Shown in pieces: positions 1 to 6,476 of a stretch of DNA of 15,336 nucleotides. Within the stretch, counting starts at the first letter, position 1; each line of letters opens with the position of its first letter. The stretch comes from Octopus sinensis (lineage: Eukaryota). A program made the position numbers and the translations under genes. The notes beneath the pieces were generated by a model that made no database searches, had not been told where the DNA came from, and worked only from the letters and a program-made list of their open reading frames with translations. Location: positions 1 through 15,336 of the forward strand of contig NW_021825516.1 of the NCBI RefSeq assembly GCF_006345805.1, in the 5' to 3' direction.

Positions 1-52
1 GGTGCTCCAGCTTGGCCGCAGCCAAATGACTGAAACAAGTAAAAGAGTAAAA

Positions 53-54
<2 letters not shown>
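1..54 (+). mobile_element. 3' end of a SINE, cut by the window edge
   Basis: GGTGCTCCAGCTTGGCCGCAGCCAAATGACTGAAACAAGTAAAAGAG closely matches the reverse complement of 14614-14668 and ends in an (AT)n tail. Confidence 0.75.

Positions 55-93
<39 letters not shown>
55..93. repeat. (AT)n microsatellite
   Basis: Direct reading. Confidence 0.97.
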
Positions 94-97
<4 letters not shown>

Positions 98-171
98 AAT
101 AGATATATTCATAAAAAGATAGACAGATAGAGAGAGAGAAAGGCTAGATAGATAGGGGAGAGAGTCAAACA

Positions 172-174
<3 letters not shown>

Positions 175-217
<43 letters not shown>

Positions 218-243
218 TAGATATAGATATATATATATAATAT

Positions 244-292
<49 letters not shown>
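175..292. repeat. Compound (AT)n/(GATA)n microsatellite
   Basis: Direct reading. It generates the spurious 109..429 ORF. Confidence 0.95.
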
Positions 293-293
<1 letters not shown>

Positions 294-334
294 CAGTCAT
301 AATAGAGAGAGAGGCTGAAAGTGACGTTCCCGGA

Positions 335-430
335 TACACACACACACACACACACAACATCACACATAAATACACACACACGCACAAACATAAACAGGCG
401 TGTATACACACACACAGACACACCGACACA
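335..430. repeat. Imperfect (CA)n microsatellite
   Basis: Direct reading. Confidence 0.9.
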
Positions 431-731
431 CACCCCAGACATCATTCGTCTTATGTGTATACATGTGTATACTCCACCCTCTCTCTCTCTCCTCCCCTTT
501 CTCTCTCTATAGACGTATGTAAATATTCATACACACTTACATATATAAATATTTACCTGCTTATGTACATACATAAATACATACATATACACACATCCGT
601 TAGTTTTCCTTTCTTTTTCACGTCCAAATAATTATAATTCCTAATTAATGACTTAATTGTGAGACCTTAATGTCATTTAACATTATTTAATTCATAAAAA
701 TGCTGACATGTCTCTTTGATTTTAAATAAAT

Positions 732-757
732 AATTTAGACAAAGTTTTGTCTAAATT
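732..757. repeat. 12-bp perfect inverted repeat with a 2-nt loop
   Basis: AATTTAGACAAA (732-743), GT, TTTGTCTAAATT (746-757). Confidence 0.95.
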
Positions 758-867
758 TCCCGCCTTTTTCTCCACGTTTTTTGTCTTTCAAATTAGCGTT
801 GCTAGGCAACAGATAGAAACAATTGAACGGGAAGCGGCAGAAGTTATAGAGACTCCAGACTGGGCGG
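756..867. promoter_or_regulatory. Candidate promoter: E2F site, RFX X-box and GC box
   Basis: TTTCCCGCC at 756-764 fits E2F TTTSSCGC. GTTGCTAGGCAAC at 798-810 reads GTTGCC-T-AGCAAC on the minus strand, fitting the RFX X-box GTNRCC(N0-3)RGYAAC. GGGCGG lies at 862-867. GC and CpG content are locally higher than in the AT-rich flanks. Confidence 0.55.
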
Positions 868-954
868 TTTGTGTGATACCAGACCAGAAATATCACCAGA
901 CACCCTTAAGCATGGGTTGTCACAGATGGATTTACCCGTCATCTTCTCTACGAG
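797..954 (+). other. Candidate exon (first or internal) of an unidentified plus-strand gene
   Basis: Donor CGAG|GTATGC at 954/955. A pyrimidine tract with AG ends at 796. ATG at 912 is in good Kozak context (AAGC ATG G) and a second ATG is at 926. One frame is open throughout (VARQQIETIEREAAEV...SSLR). I do not recognise the peptide. Confidence 0.35.
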
Positions 955-1809
955 GTATGCTTATGTGTGTGCAAAAGGCTACGTATAATAATGATGTATA
1001 TTTATATTCCTATATAAATGTATTGGCAATCCTGAGTCGGAAATTCCAATACCTCAAATATTCCAACATCTTTTGATATTTCTTTTTTAAACTTGTACAT
1101 ATACATGAATAATGTATACACAAACACACATACATATAATATATAATAACACACCTACATTTCTACAGTTATATATATATATATATATGTATATACATCC
1201 TGTGGCATAACTACAGATGAACACCCCATCGACTGTTGTTTCCTCATAACTTCCAGGAAATGGATATTTTTAATGAAACTTCCACTTTCATTTCCTAACA
1301 GAAAGGATGCTCTCAAAAGAAATCCTCTTTTACAAAGCTCTTATTTAAATCCCTGTGGATAAATCCCAGCAAGAATCTTCTCAGGCTCTCCAATATTTTA
1401 CAATTATATAAAGAGAAAGAATCGGGGGCCAGGAAGTGGGGCTAAAAATAATCAGAGATTTTAAAAATATTCTTTTTATTTTTTTGTACATAAATGTGTT
1501 TCTGAGGGAAAAAATGAGAAAAAAAAGAAGACAAGGAGGGTGGTGTGCTAGAAACAACAGCCAAATCTCCCTTAAATCACACACTTTTTCCCTCGAACCC
1601 TTACAAAACATTTTGCCAACAAATTTCTTTTAATCGTAATCTGCATCGTTTGAAAGTTATTTCTACCAAACTTCATTCAAAAATACCATTTTTATACAAA
1701 AATACCTTTATACACATGTATATACCTACATATACACACATGTCTTTGCTATGTTTTTTAAACACATAAAACTCATAGATGCATACTTTTATAATATTTT
1801 ACACTTAAA

Positions 1810-2190
1810 CCGCCGCAGGACAATATTTTCGGAGTTGCTTCTTAAAGTGTCCTTCACTTTTTTTATGACAAACGATACAAATTTCAGAGTATTTGGCTGT
1901 TATTTCTAGCATGATGTTAGGCCATCTATAGGACAATATTTGACATGGATGCTTTGGAAATTGTCCATCGATTTTTATTTGTGATGAAACAAAAATGTGA
2001 AGGTTTAGATGGCTCTTTCTAGCATGAAATGAGACCATATACAGGTCAATTTTATTTATGAATGCTTCTTATCTGTCCTTCAAATTTTATATGAAAAGTA
2101 AAGTGGTTTCTATTTCTAGCGTGAAAAATGACCAGCTATGGGAAAGCTTTTACTGAATGCTTCTTAAAGTGTCCTTCTCTTTTTTTATGA
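1810..2190. repeat. Diverged tandem repeat, about 3.5 copies of a 97-113 bp unit
   Basis: Units start near 1810, 1922, 2035 and 2132. Recurrent motifs are TGCTTCTTAAAGTGTCCTTC-like (about 1836, 1951, 2063, 2158) and TTTCTAGC (about 1903, 2016, 2113). Confidence 0.8.
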
Positions 2191-2334
2191 ACCCCCAACA
2201 ACAACCCTACGAGGACGAAAGGCAATGTTTGTGCGTGTGTGCAGTTGGAATGTCACTGCAACAACAACAACAATCTATTCTTATTAAACGTTAAAAACTG
2301 TCAGATGCAGACTGCACACACGCACACACGACAC

Positions 2335-2978
2335 TGATGACGATGATGATGATGACGATATGATGATCGATGATGATGATGATGACGATGATGATGTGAT
2401 GTGATGACGATGATGGCGATGACGATGATGGTGATGACGATGATGATGATGACGATGATGGATGATGCGATGATGATGACGATGATGTGGCGATATGACG
2501 ATGATGGTGATGACGATGATGATGGCGATGATGACGATGATGATGGATGACGATGATGATGGCGATGATGACGATGATGATGACGATGATGATGATGATG
2601 ACGATGATGATGGCGATGATGATGGCGATGATGACGATGATGGTGATGACGATGATGATGATGACGATGATGATGGTGATGATGACGACGATGATGATGA
2701 TGATGACGATGATGATGGCGATGATGACGATGATGGTGATGACGATGATGATGATGATGACGACGATGAAGACGACGACGATGATGATGATGATGACGAC
2801 GATGATGATGATGATGATGACGATGATGATGATGATGATGACGACGACCACGACGACGACCACGACGACGACGACGGCGGAGACGACGACGACCACGACC
2901 ACGACGACGACCACGACGACGACGACGACGACGGCGGCGACGACGACGACGACGACGGCGGAGACGGCGGTGGTGGTC
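2335..2978. repeat. Long compound trinucleotide microsatellite (GAT/GAC/GGC/GGT/CAC)
   Basis: Direct reading. It produces the four overlapping poly-Asp, poly-Met, poly-Ser and poly-Ile ORFs. Confidence 0.97.
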
Positions 2979-3240
2979 GTCTGCTTTTTAATGGAGAATC
3001 AATGATTATGAAAGTCTCTGCTTTCGGACCAGACATTCCTATACATACATGCATGCGTATATATATATATATACATATATATACATGCGTATATACACAC
3101 ACACAAACATACATATTTATAGCCTTATTTCTATACATACATTCCTAAATATGTGTATATATATATAAACGCATGTATATATACTGTATATAAATATACA
3201 CACACACACAAAGAGAGAGTGTTGAGGAATGTTACGACAA

Positions 3241-3294
3241 TAAGTGTGTAGAATGCAATGTATGCGATGCAGGTTCGATTCCCGGGCGAAGCCA
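3241..3294 (+). pseudogene. tRNA relic or SINE-head fragment (tRNA-Gly-like) followed by a (CAA)n(GAA)n tail
   Basis: B-box GGTTCGATTCC at 3272-3282, then CGGGCGAAGCCA. Upstream AGTGTGTAGAATGC resembles the D-arm of tRNA-Gly as I recall it. The anticodon arm is missing and the T-stem is mismatched. The microsatellite tail spans 3298-3331. Confidence 0.45.
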
Positions 3295-3355
3295 TTTACA
3301 ACAACAACAACAATAAGAAGAAGAAGAAGATTGAAGTTTAATATTTCTGGAAATA

Positions 3356-3361
3356 TTTATT
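3356..3361 (-). terminator. Possible polyadenylation signal overlapping the stop codon
   Basis: The minus strand reads GAC AAA TAA A, so AATAAA includes the TAA stop. The context is AT-rich, so this could be chance. Confidence 0.3.
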
Positions 3362-6300
3362 TGTCAAAATAAAAGAAAGCAAAAGATTGACGTCCAGGAA
3401 TAATTCCAAAAACCATCAAAGAATTGTCTGAAACATCCAAACCAAGACCTTCATAGACTTCATTATCATCCCCTCTGAGGAGTAAATATTTTGGATTATC
3501 TTCTAATCCCCGGATTTCATCATCTTCAGATGTTTCCTCTTCAATATGTCGAGGTATTTCGTAAATATTGTTATTTAAATCTGTTATATAAACACATTCA
3601 CCAATTATGGTTAGAAGAGGTCTTGGATTATAATATTCCGTACCATAAAACCTTCCTCCTTCTATTCTTATCCTCCTCACCAAAGACTTTTCCCTGAACC
3701 ATTCCACAAAACACAAAATTTCCAAATCTCCAGACCACTCCTCCTCCTCCATCTCCCTCCTCAAAACAACAACATCACCAAAAGATGTGACTCCCACACC
3801 ATCCACCCCTTCATCTCCCTCAAACCTTCCCCATCTCTTCATCTTCCCACGACACACTTCATCTTTACATTTCCCATCTTTGATATCAACCACATCCACA
3901 TAATAAGGGTCAAAGATGTAGGGGTCTTTGCAATGATAGTAATCCTTGTTGTTCTCCCATTCTCTTTGGTATTTCTTGTGTCTCTCTTCTTGAGTTATGT
4001 CTCTAATATAATGACCACCACACACGAGTTGATTGTCGTTGTATTTATAAATCCTGTTGTAGTATTTCTCAGTTCTGATGGTTTTAAAACGACGGAGATC
4101 CCTGTTGAAGACTCTCATTTCTCTCCCAAAGGCGACAATGAAACATTCCTCTGTCCACCGACATATGTCCAGTGCTGGTCGTTGTTGTTCATGTTGAAGT
4201 ATGTCCACTGTTGTTGTTGTTGTTCTGATTAATGTGACACTTTCTCGAAACATCAACACACTCACATTCTCATCTAACTTTATTAGTTTACTGTTCCGGT
4301 CCCTAATGTCCCCACAATCATAATCAACAGGTTCCTCGAATGCAGGAATGGAAAAAGGGACCATTGCTGTCCTATATGGAAGTCTCCTCACTGATATTTC
4401 ATCAATTCCTGAATTATTAATCTCCGCTATGTAATTACCACATCTCACCTTTAATCTACCTTTACCAATTATTTCACCTGATTTACCTCTTCTTCTTCCT
4501 CCTCCATCTCCTCCTCTGTATTCCAATTTATTAATTAATTCATTACTGAATATTTCCTTGTTCGTTTCAGATGTAATGGAAGGGAAACGAAGACCAGAAT
4601 CAAGATTTAATGACGACACAGATTCCAGAATGTTCACTTGGTCCCCATCAATCTTTATGCAATGACATTCAATCAATTCAACATGTACACACCAGTAAAT
4701 ACCCACCACTTTTCTCCATATTACACCATAAGGGATGAGACTCGACCAAACTTGAGATGTCTGCAAATCTTCTCCATTCAGTTGAAATATTTCTTTCCTT
4801 TTAGGAACCGTGGCCATTATGTGTGATTCTTGTGTAAAACACACACCACCAACTAAACTTGCAACATTTCTGTGACATAGCAACTGGCCGTCTTCATCGA
4901 ATATTTTAACATTTCCATTATTGGCTTTTTCACACACAACTGTCTTTCCTTCCTCAGAGACATCAAAATCTTTTACTTGAACAGGACATTCGTCTGTTTG
5001 TAAACGAGCAACCGGGAAGCTGTCTCGATTCACCATAAACAACCCTTCAACATACAATTCATTCCTTCTTCTCCATTTCAGAAGGCTTCCAACAAACCTT
5101 GGTCCTTTACAGTCTATACTGGAGAATTCTACTTCATCTTTATAAATTCTTTTATTTAAAAATATTCTCTTGTATTCCCCATTCTGGGTCAAACACAAAA
5201 TGTTTTTATATTCAGATGAACCAAAACATTTCTCCCAATAACCATGAATGTACAAAAAACTGTCATCAATTGTCATCCTGTCATAAACATCACCAAGATA
5301 ATACTTCATGTAGTGTCTGACTGAATGTAAATATTGACCACCACTGTTGAAGAAAATGATGAATCTCCAGTTTAAGACAATGATGACATCTTCATCAGTA
5401 ACTTTAATATCCTGGATTATATTAGAATAATCTCCATCTTCGTCTCTCTCCATTAATGGTTCAGGTATGTCTATTTTATTTATTTCCTTCACACTCGAAT
5501 GTATTTCATCAATATCAACAAAATGCAAATGTCTTCCATCTCCCTTTTCACTCAAAACCAGTTGATTGTTTGATAAAGAAGCCACACATTTATAATTATT
5601 TCTCGTTTTGTAAATTACCAACGACAATGGAAATTCCACTTTTAATGTCCATAGTTGGGATTTATTAGAAAGATCCCAGTTCGTAATGACCAGTGTGTTT
5701 GACTGCCATCGACACATTTTAATATTATAATAAACATTCACTTTGATTGAATCCAATAGGTGACCATCCAATGTGAATATCTTAATGTTTCCATTCTCCC
5801 TGTCCCATCCTGCAATCAGATTATTTTCAGTAAGAACCAAAGATTCAATCTTCGCTGGTTTTTTGTCTCCCAAATGTTTAGGGAGAGGAATATGTCTGGC
5901 TTTATCAGAAACTGTCAGGTCCTGTAGATATAAAGTGGAAGACAACATTTCACTGAGAGAAATGTGTCTGGAAAATACATCCACCAGGTCGATATAATAA
6001 TTAAGTTGATTATTAGTAACGAGATCATTAACCAACAAATTCTGATCGTTTATGGCAAACATACGGCTTCTGTCTATCAGATAAACAGACGTTTGGTCAA
6101 TAGATCCACCTTGGAGACTGAGGGGACGTTTCACTTGGGACATTAAAACACTGGGGACCATCTTAATACTACTAGCATAACCATATCTAGTTTTACCACC
6201 ACGAAGACGATGACGACGATGACCACCACCACCTATTCTAGTGTTGTACTGAAAAGCTTTTTCCCTAGTAACAATTAATAGCTTTTCTGTTTCCTTGTCT

Positions 6301-6476
6301 ACTGATAATGATTTCACAAACACAGGGATATTAATTGTCTTAATTACTTCAACTTGATTATAATAATTGATGGCTAAAATGTCTAAATGTGATGGTTTAT
6401 CACAATAACAAACAATTTCACATTCACCCATCTTACACACCCGTACATAAGGCTGCCTTAATGATACACTTCTCAC
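3357..6476 (-). CDS. C-terminal part (rest of module 3 and modules 4-6), 1039 aa
   Basis: Long complex ORF. The start at 6476 is GTG, not ATG, and the frame stays open upstream to 6539 (...LRVIGNLSKR-V), so this is a continuation rather than a separate gene. It contains the motifs MCRWQSNTLVIT, ICRWTEECFIVA, NIKIFTLDGHLL and NVKIFDEDGQLL. Confidence 0.9.
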   Translation of the reverse strand: MRSVSLRQPYVRVCKMGECEIVCYCDKPSHLDILAINYYNQVEVIKTINIPVFVKSLSVDKETEKLLIVTREKAFQYNTRIGGGGHRRHRLRGGKTRYGYASSIKMVPSVLMSQVKRPLSLQGGSIDQTSVYLIDRSRMFAINDQNLLVNDLVTNNQLNYYIDLVDVFSRHISLSEMLSSTLYLQDLTVSDKARHIPLPKHLGDKKPAKIESLVLTENNLIAGWDRENGNIKIFTLDGHLLDSIKVNVYYNIKMCRWQSNTLVITNWDLSNKSQLWTLKVEFPLSLVIYKTRNNYKCVASLSNNQLVLSEKGDGRHLHFVDIDEIHSSVKEINKIDIPEPLMERDEDGDYSNIIQDIKVTDEDVIIVLNWRFIIFFNSGGQYLHSVRHYMKYYLGDVYDRMTIDDSFLYIHGYWEKCFGSSEYKNILCLTQNGEYKRIFLNKRIYKDEVEFSSIDCKGPRFVGSLLKWRRRNELYVEGLFMVNRDSFPVARLQTDECPVQVKDFDVSEEGKTVVCEKANNGNVKIFDEDGQLLCHRNVASLVGGVCFTQESHIMATVPKRKEIFQLNGEDLQTSQVWSSLIPYGVIWRKVVGIYWCVHVELIECHCIKIDGDQVNILESVSSLNLDSGLRFPSITSETNKEIFSNELINKLEYRGGDGGGRRRGKSGEIIGKGRLKVRCGNYIAEINNSGIDEISVRRLPYRTAMVPFSIPAFEEPVDYDCGDIRDRNSKLIKLDENVSVLMFRESVTLIRTTTTTVDILQHEQQRPALDICRWTEECFIVAFGREMRVFNRDLRRFKTIRTEKYYNRIYKYNDNQLVCGGHYIRDITQEERHKKYQREWENNKDYYHCKDPYIFDPYYVDVVDIKDGKCKDEVCRGKMKRWGRFEGDEGVDGVGVTSFGDVVVLRREMEEEEWSGDLEILCFVEWFREKSLVRRIRIEGGRFYGTEYYNPRPLLTIIGECVYITDLNNNIYEIPRHIEEETSEDDEIRGLEDNPKYLLLRGDDNEVYEGLGLDVSDNSLMVFGIIPGRQSFAFFYFDK

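Noticed and set aside
109-512. ORFs 109..429 and 321..512
   Set aside because: They are translations of (AT)n, (GATA)n and (CA)n tracts.
1810-2190. CRISPR-like repeat-spacer array
   Set aside because: The whole unit is homologous and diverged rather than identical repeats with unique spacers. The context is eukaryotic and there are no cas genes.
2205-2225. Hammerhead-like CTACGAG-GAC-GAAA
   Set aside because: The core does not match CUGANGA and there are no supporting stems.
2284-3148. Four overlapping long ORFs (poly-Ser, poly-Ile, poly-Asp, poly-Met/Thr)
   Set aside because: A GAT/GAC tract lacks stops in most frames, and the flanks are dinucleotide repeats.
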